A stretch of DNA of 63,984 nucleotides, counting the filler, from Octopus bimaculoides (taxonomy: Eukaryota), in NCBI RefSeq assembly GCF_001194135.2. It is 5 parts of 5 records of this genome, joined end to end, with 100 filler letters (N's around TTAATTAATTAA, not from the genome) between each part and the next. Parts side by side here need not be neighbours in the genome. Positions count along the whole stretch, not along the records: positions 1 to 28,095 come from NC_068986.1; positions 28,196 to 41,128 come from NC_068987.1; 3 more parts are not named here. One strand, given 5' to 3'. The translations under genes and the position numbers were made by a program. Positions 26,450 to 39,570 of this stretch are shown in pieces. Positions within the stretch are counted from its first letter, which is position 1. Each line of letters opens with the position of its first letter. Under the pieces are notes generated by a model, which saw nothing but the letters and a program-made list of their open reading frames with translations, was not told where the DNA came from and did no database searches.

Positions 26450-27389
26450 AACAACAAACAAGAAGAGGACAAATATCCATCAAATGTAAATAATGTCAAT
26501 AAAATACATATCGGTTCTTAAAGAAAAGATTAAGTTACAACTCTGGTATAATACCTATGAGGTAATAGATTGGTTTAATAGCATTTAATATAAAAGTAGG
26601 AATAAATTCATGCAAATAGATATTGATAGCCATTACTCTTCAATTAACGAAATAGTTTTAAATAAGGCCATTTTATTCGCGAAAAGAAACTCGAATATTA
26701 ATAAGAACGAAATTAATGTTACTTTAGCCGCCAAAAGAACTATTGCAGAATTTGAAAACAAATATTGGACTAGGATAGATAGTAGGGATGGCTTTGATAT
26801 AGCCAAGGGCCCTGCAGATTCTGCTCAACTTACAAATTTAGTTGGTATCTATATTCTTTTTATCTTAGGAAGAGATTTTCCTGAAATTGCGGGTGGCTTA
26901 TATAGGGTAATTAGGAACCTATGTAATAGGAAACTGGAACTATATAAGAAGAAATTTTATAGATTTTTAAAGAGTTTTGGAGTTAATTTCTAAGATGTTA
27001 GTCTCAATCTCATTACTGGCAACTATAAGCCTAACTCCAATCTTAAGTATATAATTGTCGAAAGTAATCATCCTGGTTCTGTAAAAACAAAAAATTCGGT
27101 TTATAATATCTCTAAAAGAATTTCCAATGTATCTCCTAATAAAGATATTATTGACAAAAATGCTGAATTTTATAATGTGACACTCATCAAAGCTGGTTAT
27201 AAACTAAAATTGAAGTATTATCCTAAAAATATGAATATCAGAGTCTCTAACAAAGTGGATATTTCTCATGTTAGTAAGGATTATAAACAAACTGCCAGGA
27301 ATTTGAATAAGGATAGGGTAGATAAAGTTAAATGTCCAAATGACAAAAATGATATACAAAATACGACAATCAATGTATTACTACGTTCT

Positions 27390-27437
<48 letters not shown>

Positions 27438-27611
27438 TAATATGACAACAAAAGAATGAATGAGACTCCGATAATATCTAAAACAGAGGAAGTTATCTAT
27501 AAATATAATATGTGACAACTAGTTGGTTGNNNNNNNNNNTATATATATATATATATAGATATATAAAAATTTAAGGAATGGAGAAAACGCATGTTATAAT
27601 TGCATACTTTA

Positions 27612-27695
27612 TTCCTACATATGTTTCAAAGGATTACAACCTATGTGATCCATAGGGATCTGTGATATTAAAATTGTAACCTTCTCATCAGGGAA
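27612..27695 (-). ncRNA. Type I hammerhead ribozyme motif with long stem II
   Basis: ttcc-CTGATGA-gaaggttacaa(...)ttgtaatccttt-GAAAC-atat-GTA-ggaa. Stem II is about 11 bp with one bulge, stem I is 4 bp, stem III is the palindrome ACATATGT. Confidence 0.75.
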
Positions 27696-27895
27696 AGCAT
27701 GGGAATCATCTTTAGATGGATAAGGTTATGACGTGATTCATTTGAAAAAAATCCGTTAGAGAATTGGACGCTGAAGGATAGTAGGTTGGACAACACATAC
27801 ATATAAATGTGTGAAAACATAAATGCATACATAAATACATATACACATATACACATACATACATACATATACACACATATGTACACATATGCATG

Positions 27896-27951
<56 letters not shown>

Positions 27952-28064
27952 CATGGATATGTACACATATACACACATATATACCTACAAACATACGTAC
28001 ACACCCACACAAGTATACATATATACATACATACACACAGATACACTCACACACACACATATCC

Positions 28065-28095
<31 letters not shown>

Positions 28096-28195
28096 NNNNN
28101 NNNNNNNNNNNNNNNNNNNNNNNNNNNNNNNNNNNNNNNTTAATTAATTAANNNNNNNNNNNNNNNNNNNNNNNNNNNNNNNNNNNNNNNNNNNN
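28096..28195. other. Artificial scaffold-join spacer (44 N + TTAATTAATTAA + 44 N)
   Basis: Exactly 100 bp. The 12-mer gives TAA in all six frames. The identical structure occurs four times. Confidence 0.93.
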
Positions 28196-28246
<51 letters not shown>

Positions 28247-28637
28247 AAAGAATACGGAGACTTAGTATATATTCAGATTTTTCTGTTACTTCAATAGTTG
28301 GTCGTACAGCATAATCAGTTGGTTAAAATGGTCAACACATGTTTCTGTTGCACAGAATATTTTACGCTTGCTACTCAGTATTTTCTGCTGAATACTTGCA
28401 TTCAGGGTCTTTCTACAAACGCGGTCTCTGTATTCTTTGCAATTGTTTGGAATTTATACTCCTGATAATATTCATAATCACAGGAGGCAAACCTGCATTT
28501 ACCCATTGGAAAAATTACAGCGAGATGCTCATACTAAGCGATCATTGATGTCTATTACTACTTGAATCGGTAAGCCGAAACTTGGAACATACCTGAGTGT
28601 TATTATGGTATCTACCTCTGGATAATTTATACTCACC

Positions 28638-28707
<70 letters not shown>

Positions 28708-29139
28708 NNNNNNNNNNATTACTTTCTACTCTGATTTCATATTTTCATTTATTCGGCGTCCATGTCTATATTCTCTCTTTAAATATTAACAAATTTTCTA
28801 TCTGTTAAAATCAGTTATTGTGTTGGATATTTCAAAACGAACATTGTCATGTAAATATTTTACTTCTAATTTATTCAACAAAGTTTTGTTGATATTTTCT
28901 TCAAAATTAAGCATATATAACACTTCAACAAAAAAATTATTCTCATTGTCATAAAGTTTTCTATTTTGTTCAGCTCAAATATGAATTAAAGTGAATATTT
29001 AGAATGTTAGAAATTCTCGCCATTATAGATTTTGCACATTATATTCTTATTAGTGTAAATGTATAAATTTGTATTATTAACATTGCTTTGTTAATGGCGA
29101 TACAACAACAAAAACATTAATAGTAATAATAATAATAAA

Positions 29140-29525
29140 TAATAATAATTTGTCTTAGTATAAAATATGGGCTACAGTAAATATTCTGCTCTGACCATGA
29201 ACAGAAGCAGTAGGGGAGCATCATAGCCATTTGTTGAAAGGATTTTTTGGAGTATTAATAATTCACTTTTGGAAACATTGTGTTTTGTTCATCGTCCTTA
29301 AACAATCCTTATTCATGGATCTTTTGAGTGGGATGGGCTACTCGACATGAAGAAAATTCTAACTTGGACCCATCGGCAAGGTCATCCGCTGTTTATCTTG
29401 ATATGAGATCACCATGTGGAAAACATAACTGTGATGTATGTGCCTGGTGTACCCTTATCAGACGGGTTGTCCTAACGGGTATATTGGACTTCATATATTT
29501 GTACCCCAATGTCATTTTAATGGTA
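29140..29525. repeat. Interspersed repeat family D, diverged copy
   Basis: Shares atgggctac...aatattctgctc, agtggggagcatcatagcc, gatgggctactcgac and gagatcaccatgt with 31375-31890. Confidence 0.75.
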
Positions 29526-29543
29526 TGCACTGCTCTCTTACTC

Positions 29544-29603
<60 letters not shown>

Positions 29604-29812
29604 TTAAGCATAAAGATCTTGAAATAGAAATTGGCAAAATGTGGAACCTCAAGACTAAAACAATACATGTTGTCATAGGTTCCCTAGGAATGATAGCAAA
29701 AGGAGATGATTGCTACCTAGCTCAGACACCAGAAAATCCCAAAATGGAAGAAATTCAAAAAATAGTGCGCATGGGAACTGCTCATATCTTACGCAAAATA
29801 TTGTCTGTGTAA
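29604..29812 (+). mobile_element. R4/Dong-type REL-endonuclease LINE 3' end
   Basis: KHKDLEIEIGKMWNLKTKTIHVVIGSLG...IQKIVRMGTAHILRKILSV*, starting immediately after (AAT)n. Confidence 0.78.
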
Positions 29813-29869
29813 TCCCCTAAACATTTTAATCTGTAAACAGTGTTAAAACACTTTTAAATGTACATATAA

Positions 29870-30975
29870 TTCAAGTAAGAAATTTGTAGAAAAGAAAAAA
29901 GTTTGCAAATGTTTATAAATATAAGGAATAGTTTTATTCATCAAAGTATCCACCCATATTGTCAATACACTTTTGCCATTTCAGCGGTAGCTTGTCCAGC
30001 CCGGAACTGTAAAAGCCTGGCAATCTAGAGTCAGTAAAGTCTTGGAAAGCCTGTTTTACAACATCATAGGAATTAATTTTTTTTCCTATCAAGAAGTTAT
30101 CCAAATTCTGCAAGAAGTGGTAGTCAGTAGAGGCAAAATTAGGTGAGTATGGTGGATGATGGAGAACTTCCAACTCCAACTGCTGTAGTTTCGCCAATGT
30201 CATTTTTGTAATGTGTAGCTTGGCGTTGACTTGCAATAAAATAGGAGTGGGTCTGTTGACTACTCTAGGCTATTTTCTGTAAGTTCCTCCATCAGTTGGT
30301 CCAGTTGGCTGCAGTATATTTCGTCCGTGATTTATGAGCCAGGTTTAATGAAATTATAATAGATCACACCTGCACCAGACTACCAAACACACATCATCAG
30401 CTTCTTTTGGTGAATTTTGCTATTTGGACTGTATTTTGGTGGCTCATCTTTGTCCAGCCATTGTGCTGAACGTTTACGGTTGTTGTACTGGATCCATTTC
30501 TAATCACATGTTACAATTCGATTCAAAAATTATTCATTTTATGACAAGAAAGTAGCATAATGCAGGCTTCCAAACGTTGTTGTTTCTGATTTTCATTGCG
30601 TTCATGTGGAACTCACTTATCCAACTTTTCACTTTACCGATTGGAACTAGATGAGTCAATAATGTTTACTTGCTAACACCAAACAACAACGATAACTCAC
30701 GGGCACTCTGAGATGGATCTGACTCGACAGCATCTTTCAGTTCGTCATTATCCACCTTTGTTTCTAGTCGACTGCGTTGCTCATTTGTAAGGTCAAAGTT
30801 ACCAGAAGGAAATTTTTTAAAACCAATTTGATACTGTCTGCTCTGCAATAATATTAGAATGAGATACTCCATTAATAATCCGAGCTGTCTGTGATGCTGT
30901 ATTTCCAAGAAAGAGCTCATATTTCAAAACTGTACGAATTTCCGACTTATACACCTCTAAACAAAAATAGCAAAA
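29870..30975 (-). mobile_element. Degenerate mariner (Hsmar1/cecropia-like) transposase
   Basis: WFKKFPSGNFDL, VDNDELKDAVESDPSQSARELS, VTCD*KWIQYNN, LLQVNAKLH, HPPYSPNFASTDYHF, GGYFDE*. Confidence 0.88.
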
Positions 30976-31374
30976 AACGATTTATAAATACTTTATATAG
31001 TGCAAAATGAGTTAGAATAAATCATAGATTTATAGATGACTGTAGGATCTCTAGGAATGATTAAAAAAAGGTAATAAAACCTATTTGAAAATGATAGCAG
31101 GCTTACCATCCCTACAGGAAGTGCAAAAAATCGTGTTAACTGGAACGACTCATGTACTGAGAAGAACATTATCGCCGTGAAAACAACAACCATTCATGAA
31201 TTCATTTATTTCTTAATTTTTTTTTTAAATACATATTTTACCTGTGAACTTGCGTGTGTAATCTGGGAATGCATACAATGAGTTTCTCTGCCCTAGGTGT
31301 ACGGAAAACACCCGGCGAGAAATGGAAGAAAATTTGAAGAAAGAAGAAAAAAACAACATACTACTACTACTAAT

Positions 31375-31890
31375 AATAATAATAAACTATGTCGGATGCA
31401 GTACCAGGCAGTGTCTCTCATGGCTTCAGATCTTAATTGATTGGAAGTGTTATCATGTACATTGTTTTCTCTTGGTATAAAAAGATGGGCTACAACAAAT
31501 ATTCTGCTCAATACCACAGATTTGCTTGTCAGATGCTTGACCTTAATCAGTTGAGTATGTCCCTGGCTGACGATATGTGCATCTCTGATCACGAGCAGAA
31601 GTAGTGGGGGACCATCATAGCCATGTGTTGAGAGGAATTCTTTGGGGTTTGAGTAATTCACCTTTGGAAACATGGGTGTTTTGCTCAACATCCTTAAACA
31701 AACCTTATTCAGGGACCTTTTGAGCGGGATGGGCTACTCGACCTGAAGAAAATTCTAACTGGGCCTCACCTGCAAGGTCATGCGCTATTTATCTTGATAT
31801 GAGATCACCATGTCGCGTACCTATGGTTGTGATGCATGTGCCTGGTGTACCCTTATCAGACGGGTAGTCATGATGGATATACTGGGAACG
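31375..31890. repeat. Interspersed repeat family D
   Basis: Homologous to 29140-29525 and preceded by (TAA)n. Confidence 0.75.
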
Positions 31891-31959
31891 AGGGGGTATT
31901 GAGAGCAGAGAAAAAAAGGGAAAACAAAGGAAGAAGTACAAAAAGGACATGAAAAAGAA

Positions 31960-33725
31960 TTATGCAAGAAGAGACTACACAATCAATTCCATGTAGCCAC
32001 AACAGAAGTTGCTGGAAAAATTAGGCGGGATTGGCTGATGAAAGGAACCCCTAAAGGAAGAGACCAAGCGCACTGTACTGACAGCACAGGACCAAGCTCT
32101 GGCCACGAACTGGAGGGTCAAACTGAAGAATGAGTGTCTCCGCTGTTCCGCATCTACAATAGAGTGGATGAAACCATTGCCCATATCACAGACGAATGGC
32201 GACACGTCCGGGTAGCGAAAGTGCTACATTGGAAACTGTGCGAAAAGTGGGGGATAGAGAGAGTCAAGACGTGGTATGAGCACACGCTGCAGTGTCGGAA
32301 ACTAGCAAAATCCTTTGGATTTTTCAATCCAAACAAATCAGGTGCTAGAGCATAACAGACCGGGCCTAGTGGTTGTGGACAACGTACAACACATATGCTA
32401 TATAGTTGACGTTGCATGCTCCTTTCATCCACGAATAGTGAAGAAGGAAGGGGAAAAGATAGAAAGACAGATAGTAGCAAGGTCGATAGTACCTACCAAG
32501 AAAAGAAGGTGGAAGAGGGTTAATATCAGTAGAAGGCTGTGTGGAGTTAGCTAGAGAAGATATAGACTCTTATTAGGTAATAGTGGAGAAAGTTTATTAA
32601 AAGCTGCTAGAGTCACAGCAAGACATAGAGAAACCAAAACACCAAATGAACTTAAAAACCAGAAAAAAGAACAGAAATTATCTGACTGGCAGGAGAAGTT
32701 GTTGCATGGTAGATACCCAAAGATAGTTTCAGCAAATAGTAGTAGTGAGATATGATTATGGCTGCAGAAAGGAAAGCTGAAGAGGGAGAGAGTAAGTTTG
32801 TTAGTAACTACACAGGATCAAACATTAAGGACTAATTGGATAAACGCCAAGATGGACAAAAACGAAATAGATTCCCAATGTAGATTATGTAAATCAGAAG
32901 AGGAAAGTGTTACTCATATAGTAAGTGACTGTAGCATGCTGGCACAAAGAATACAGGAAAAGACATGACAATCTAGGGAGAGCAATCCATTGGGAGCTAT
33001 GTAAAAAGCTAGTATTTGAACATACTGATTGATGGTATGAACATGGACCTAGTAAAAGTACTAGAAAGTAAGAAAGACAAGATGTTGTGGGACTTAAACG
33101 TTCAGACTGACAAAGTAATAGAAGCTAGAAGGCTTGTGGATAAAGAGAATATAAAGTGCCAAATAACTGACTGACGCCTTCTTCTGCTAGTCAGATAATT
33201 TCTGTTCTTTTTTTCTGATTTTTAAGTTCATTTGGTGTTTTGATTTCCCTATGTCTTGCTGTGACTCTGCCAGCTTTTAATAAACTTTCTTCACTATTAC
33301 CTAATAAGAGTCTATATATACTCTAGCTAACTCCACGCAGTCTTCTGTTGATGTTAACCCTCTCCCACCTTCCTTTCAGGTATAATCTCGCTACTCATGT
33401 CCTTGTACGGAATTCCAAAAAAGAAAACATTAATATGAGAAGTATAGAAAAAATAGTAAAGTACCAGCACCTAGCTATTGAATTACAGAGACTATGGAAA
33501 GTGCAGGTAAAATGTATCCTAGTAGTTATAGGTGCATTGGGAACTATCCCTAAAGATCTGAACAGATGGATAGAGGAAATAGGCAGAAAACCCAGTTTAG
33601 TACAGCTGCAGAAAACAGTGTTATTAGGGACAGCTAGGATACTTAGGAGGGTTCTTGGCATCTAAGATTACTTGTTGTAGCCCGATGTTAGGATTCTTTT
33701 TTTCCAACAGTCTAATCTGTTGAGT
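31960..33725 (+). mobile_element. Rearranged R4/Dong-type LINE fragments (post-RT region, CCHC finger, REL endonuclease) ending in (TAA)n
   Basis: AQDQAL-like motif, CRLCKSEEESVTHIVSDC, RHDNLGRAIHWELCKK, LWDLNVQTDKVIE, EHNRPGLVVVD, KYQHLAIELQRLW..CILVVIGALG...RILRRVLGI*. 33178-33395 is an inverted copy of 32473-32698. Confidence 0.85.
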
Positions 33726-33730
33726 GTATA

Positions 33731-33796
<66 letters not shown>

Positions 33797-34284
33797 GGTG
33801 ATGGAGCAATAACATAATACAATGTATTAAGATAACATAAATATGTGCTATGCAATACAAATGCAAATTCGAAAAACCCACTCACACATAGGTGGAATCC
33901 TAGCTAACATTGCTTAACTAGCTTCAGAACATCGCATGATTCGGGAGCCGTTTCTAGTCTAATCAACTCCAGCAAATTATTCGCTACAAAATTCACCCTG
34001 AATATTTTCTGCATAGGTCTTCAACGACTGTCTATTAACTAGAGACACTGGTAACATTGCGATTACCCGGTGTGCAGAATCGCTTGCACACCGGGCAAAA
34101 TGCTGAACGCTGCTTCGTTCGTCTTTACGTTGAGTTCAAATTCCACCGAGATCTACTTTGCTTTTCATCTTTTGGTGGGGTCGATAAAATAAGTACCAGT
34201 CAAGTACTGGGGTCGATGCAACCGACTAGCTCCCACTCACAAAATTCCGGGCTTTATGACTTTAGCGGAAAAGATCATTATTAT

Positions 34285-34585
34285 TATTATTTTGGTTTGT
34301 CTCAGGCTCGGTGTTGTTCCTGGTAGGAATTATGTGGATAGCAGGTTACTACCTGTAGCCTTAGGTATCCACAAGTTTTCAGCAGCCTCTCAAGGGCTTA
34401 GGACCCTCCTGATAATCCTTGCTGTCCCTAAGAAACAAACATTCCATAGGAGCTTTACTGGACATTCTATTTCAATCTCTCTCAGCCCTTTGTCTATACC
34501 TTGGCTCACTGATCCTAGCACACCAATTATTATAGGCACGATTTTACTGTTCGCATGTTCCAAGTTCTTCTTATTATTATCATTA
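34285..34585 (-). mobile_element. R4/Dong-type LINE 3' end
   Basis: KIVPIIIGVLGSVSQGIDKGLREIEIECPVKLLWNVCFLGTARIIRRVLSP*. Its 3' end abuts the (TTA)n tail of a family B SINE. Confidence 0.8.
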
Positions 34586-35174
34586 TCATGAAGACGGCGA
34601 GCTGGCAGAATAATTTGCACGCGTTTCAAAATGTTGAACAGTATTTCGTCCGTCTTTACGTTCTGAGTTCAAATTCCGCCGAGGTCTACTTTGCTTTTCA
34701 TCTTTTTTTTTGGGGGGGGGGGGCATAAAATAAGTATCAGTCAATGTAATCGACTAGCTCTTACTCAAAAGATTTCAGATCCTGTGCCTATAGTGAAACG
34801 GATTATTATTATTATTATTATTATTAGTAGTAGTAGTAGTAGTAGTAGTAAGACTTTCGGTTTGTTGCTATGCTAATTAGCTACTCTGTAACGAGCAAGA
34901 AGAGAACATCGACGAACATCTACATGCTTCCACGCCCTGCAAAAATTAGCAGGCCAAACTGTCTTAATTAGAATGAATAAATTTATCGATAAAATTTTCC
35001 TGAAATTGAAAATTCTGTTAATATAAACATGTGTCCCCAATCCACACGAGAACTTCATCTGAAAGATAAGAATATGGACGAAGTACACTTAATATTCCCT
35101 AAAAAAAATGTTAGTGATTTCCAGAAGAAAACCCACCCATTTAGAATCAATTAAGACCATTTACTAAGCTTCCA

Positions 35175-35540
35175 CATAAATACATCAAATTTCATAAACT
35201 ATAACACTGACAACATTAATAATAACCAAGGATATTTTTTCAACACTACGGATCTGCACAAAATACGTTTTAAATATATCGGAATGTTACAGACACAAGT
35301 AAACATTGTATATGTAAACCAATAAATTTATCAATGCTGCTGCAATGAAGCAGTAACTTCGACATAAATACATCAAATTTTATAAATTATAACACTGACA
35401 ACATCGATAACATCAATAACTACCAAAGTTATCTTTTCAACACTATGGATCTGCACAAAATACATTTTACAAATATCAGAATATTACAGACACAAGTAAA
35501 CATTGTATATGTAAACCAATAAATTTATAAATGCAGCAAT
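35175..35540. repeat. Tandem duplication of about 190 bp
   Basis: cataaatacatcaaattt...gtaaacattgtatatgtaaaccaataaattta occurs at about 35175 and about 35363. Confidence 0.8.
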
Positions 35541-36393
35541 ATAACAGTTACAGAAACAGCTTCATGAAATTAAATATGACATCATCATCGACATAATAAT
35601 TGCTGCGTCAATCACGTTGCTGTCATATAAAGAATCAAGCATTTACTTCTCAGATTCCATAAATAACTCTCATATATCTAATTGGGCGCCATACGATAGA
35701 AATGCAACTGTTGAAAGAATCTGACAACGCATCCTTGTATAGAAACAATAAAGATAGTACACGAGGTAACACATCATCACATTTATTCTTCTTTTCCCAT
35801 CCCTAACATCCCATTTTCTGACATGATTTACTGGGAGCCAATAGATCTCACGCAGTTTTCTCAGTTTCGCAAATATGTTTTGCCGTACGTATTCCATTTC
35901 ATTATTTTCTTTCTTTTTAAACAACAAAAAATAAAGATTATTTTCTCCCTTCTATCTAAAATTTACCTGTGCTGTAACGCGTCCTTGTAACGTCCCCTAT
36001 TCAGGGTGGATAAATTAAATACCAGTTGCGTACTGGGGTGGATCTTATCGACTGGTCTCCTCTACAAAAATTTCGGGCCCTGTGCCTAGAGTAGAAAAGA
36101 ATAAAAGAAATCATTTTATTATTTCTATTTCTTATTCTTATCATTACAATTGTTAGAACAGTGGAGAAAATGGCTAGCAGTATTTTGCTATATCTCTTCA
36201 GGAAACACGTTTAACACTTGTCAAAGTAGATTCTGTCTTTCAACATTTTGGAAACGATAAAATAATTACCAGCCAAGAACTGAGGTCAATATAACTGACT
36301 ACAACACACACCAAATGAGCGACCTTGTACACATATCACATACTGTTTTTGTTGTTGCTTTTGTTGTTGTTGTTGTTGTTCTTCTTCTTCTTC

Positions 36394-36472
<79 letters not shown>

Positions 36473-36479
36473 CATCATC

Positions 36480-37400
36480 ATCATTACTCCTTCATAGCAC
36501 AGTATAGGTACAAATGCACCGGAGTCTTTAGTCATCTGTCAAGTCACAAGTACCTCAGACAGATAATACTTTCCTTGAGATGTGTGCTATGCCCAATAAG
36601 GCTGATTTTTTGCAAGACATCAATCTTGCATGGGATTTCCAGTTTCCTCAAGAAGTCTTCAAGTTTCAATGGGATTGAGCCCAACGCTCCGATTACCACT
36701 GGTATCACTTTTACGTTACCATCTCGCATTCCATACAGTCTTGCCATTTCCACTTTCAATTCTTGGTGATTTTTTTCAACCTCTTTACTCACAACACTCA
36801 TGTCATTTTTTTCAACCTCTTTACTCACAACACTCATGTCATTTGGTATGGCTACAACAATGATTTGACAGTATTCGTTTCTTTTATTCAATGGGACAAC
36901 ATCCGGCCGACGGTGTTCGATTTCACGATCCGTCTGAAAATCATAGTCCCAGAGTATCGTTACTTTTCCATCCTCCTGCATAACTTTACCTGGTACATTC
37001 TCATACCAGTTCTCTATTAATTCATATTGGTATTTACGGTATAAGAGCCAATGAAGATATACACACTTTATCGTGGCGGCGCTTATATTCTTTTTGTGCA
37101 AGGCTCTCACATCCACTTACCAAGTGGATCACATTTTCCACACTCTTTCCACAGCGTCTGCACTTCTGGGTGTCAGAAGTTTTATAGATTATATTATACT
37201 TCACTGAATTGGTAGCAAGAGCCTGGTCTTGTGCAGCTATGATCAGGCTTTCGGTGGTACGCTTCAAATCACTTCGCTCAAGCCATGCCCCCGATACTGT
37301 ATTATCCTTAATATCCCGTGTACTACGAACGGAATTCCTATTTGTTGTTTGGAAGTTATTTTGGGGTAGAAGTGAGATTAGTTCGGTGAAGTTGTGTCCC
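36480..37400 (-). mobile_element. R4/Dong-type LINE 3' portion (CCHC + REL endonuclease) with (TAA)n tail
   Basis: ESLIIAAQDQALATN, CRRCGKSVENVIHLVSGC, KRRHDKV, ILWDYDFQTDREIEHRRPDVV, VIPVVIGALGSIP. Contains an internal 36-bp duplication (NDMSVVSKEVEK x2). Confidence 0.9.
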
Positions 37401-37599
37401 TTAGATTGTCTGTCGATTGATATAGATAAATGTGAAGTCCTTTCCCCGTGGGTTTTTGGTTTCTTTTACTTCAGGAAGGGGTTATCCAATATGTTTTCTG
37501 CGTTGAACTTTAAACAAGATGAAATATTTAAGATAAAATAAAATTTCACCTGTGCCTCGGAAAACCTGATCTATGCCATTACCTGCTTTAGGGTGAGGT

Positions 37600-39570
37600 A
37601 ATCATTATATTGGCCAAACAGGAATGTCAATATTAGCAGATAATTTAGACAATCTAAATGGAATATTCTTAACTAATGATATGACTTCCGAACTTAACAA
37701 ATTATTTAAATCTGAAAATAGTCCTCCACCTAACCCAACATTGAAACAGTTTGAGGATGATCTTTGGTCCATTGTGAGAAATGTAAAATTTCACCGATCA
37801 CCGCTAAGAAATAAACATCTGAGGTATCTTCACAATATCACCAAGGACATTAATACCATGGATAGTATGCTGGTTTAATCGGATAAAACGGGAAACCAGT
37901 ACAAACTTCACAAGGACTATTACTTGGAATTGCTTTAAAAAGAAATTCAAAAAGACTATAGGATTACCGATAAAAGTGTACTCAAGAAAGCCAACCTTGA
38001 GGCTAAGTATAACTTACAAATGAAGACAGAACCACTTGCTCCTAAGCAACCTCGGTTTATTATGAAAGATCATAAACAGAATGTTTTAATAACCCATTCT
38101 TAAGACTTATTTGCTCTTCTAGTTCTAACATCGGGGTACTTAGTAAAAATATTCTAGATAAATGTGTTCCTACATTAATTAAAATATTAAGACTTAGTTT
38201 ATGGTCCAATTCATTCTAGTCGTCGACTGGTTTAGTTCTATTACTAATAAGAGGAACACTAAGTTTATCCAGTTTGATATTTCTAGTTTTTATTCATCCA
38301 TCAACCCAATAGTACTTAATAAGGCACTTTGACTTGCTCATAACAAAGCTAGTCTCACCAGGGAAGAAATTAATGTTGTGTTGGCCGCCAGAAAATCTAT
38401 CATAAAGTTTGACAATAAGTTGTGGGTCCGTAAAAACACACCAGATGGTTTTGATGTTACAATGGGAAGTTCTGATTCAGCACAAGTAGCTGATTTAGTC
38501 TGTATATATATACTTTTTGAAATGGCAGAACAGTTCCCAAACATAAATGGAGGTCTACATTGTGATGATTGTTTACTTTACCTTCAAAATGTTTCTGACC
38601 AACAAGTACAAAAAGTTAAGAATTGTTTAGTGAAGTTTTTCCATAGAATAGGTTTAAGCATCGTTTTTGATGATGATGTAACGAGGGCCAACTTTTTAGA
38701 TATCACACTTAACTTACACAATAATTCGTACTTCCCATACCACAAACCATCGACCAATCTTAAGTATATTAGCAAATTCAGTAATCATTCTAGGGCAATT
38801 ACTAGGAACTTAGTTAAGAATACTTCATTTTGATTATCTATGTTATCTGCTAATGTTGATATTTTCAATGATAAGGCCGAATTTTATAACTCTGCCTTAC
38901 TTAAAGCGGGTTATACAGAGAAAGTTACATACATTAATTCCATTCAATCCTATTCTACCTTTACTAATGGAGATATGAAATCTAACTGTAAGGATATAAA
39001 CGAATTTTAATTTATATGCCAACACCAAACAGAGGAAGTGAGATAATCCTTATTTAAACCTCTATTTTTGTTCTGAAAGTAAATCTATGTCTTTCGAAGA
39101 TAGTTACACGAAACATAAGGTAACTAATAGTAAAACCATTTGGTTAATTATTCCTTATGGGGGGCAAATTAAATCTAATCTTCCTTTGCAGTTTCGTGAA
39201 GCTACTATTAGGAATTTTCTAAAGAATTCTAGGTATTACTTTATTATCAACTCACACACGGTTAGGACTGGTTTTTCCAACACAAAAAATCTCTTACAAA
39301 TTATCTCCTCACATAATATTAGCCTGTTAAATAGGGATACATTTACTAATACTAACATTAATTTAGCTAATACCATTCATCTCCCTAGAAATATTAATAA
39401 CAAGGTTATTGTATTTGAAGTCAATTACAACAGAATCAAGTTTATGTCAAGGAACTCTAAAATTAAAAATTATATATACCAGTGTAAAATTACTTCTGGT
39501 AATGAGGTATTTTTTTTATATATAGGAAGTACAACTTCTCAGTTATCTAAAAGAATTTCAGTTGTTAATG
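37600..39570 (+). mobile_element. Near full-length degenerate Penelope-like element (RT + C-terminal GIY-YIG)
   Basis: LKQFEDDLWSIV; GFDVTMGSSDSAQVADLVCIYIL; GGLHCDD; FLDITLNL; YHKP; YIYQCKIT...YIGSTTSQLSKRI. Confidence 0.9.

Larger units (their letters stand above)
26232..26501. mobile_element. Fold-back insertion of a hammerhead-bearing short element (two head-to-head copies)
   Basis: Inverted arms at about 26274-26364 and 26404-26495. Flanking duplication aaatacatgtcg (26220-26231) / aaatacatatcg (26502-26513). The RT peptide resumes after the insert. Confidence 0.8.
26060..27380 (+). mobile_element. Penelope-like element reverse transcriptase remnant
   Basis: RPRIILKDHKENF, VRLICP..SDLDKLSKAILDKY, FMQIDIDSHYSSI, GFDIAKGPADSAQLTNLVGIYIL, GGLYR. 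Homologous to 37600-39570. Confidence 0.88.
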
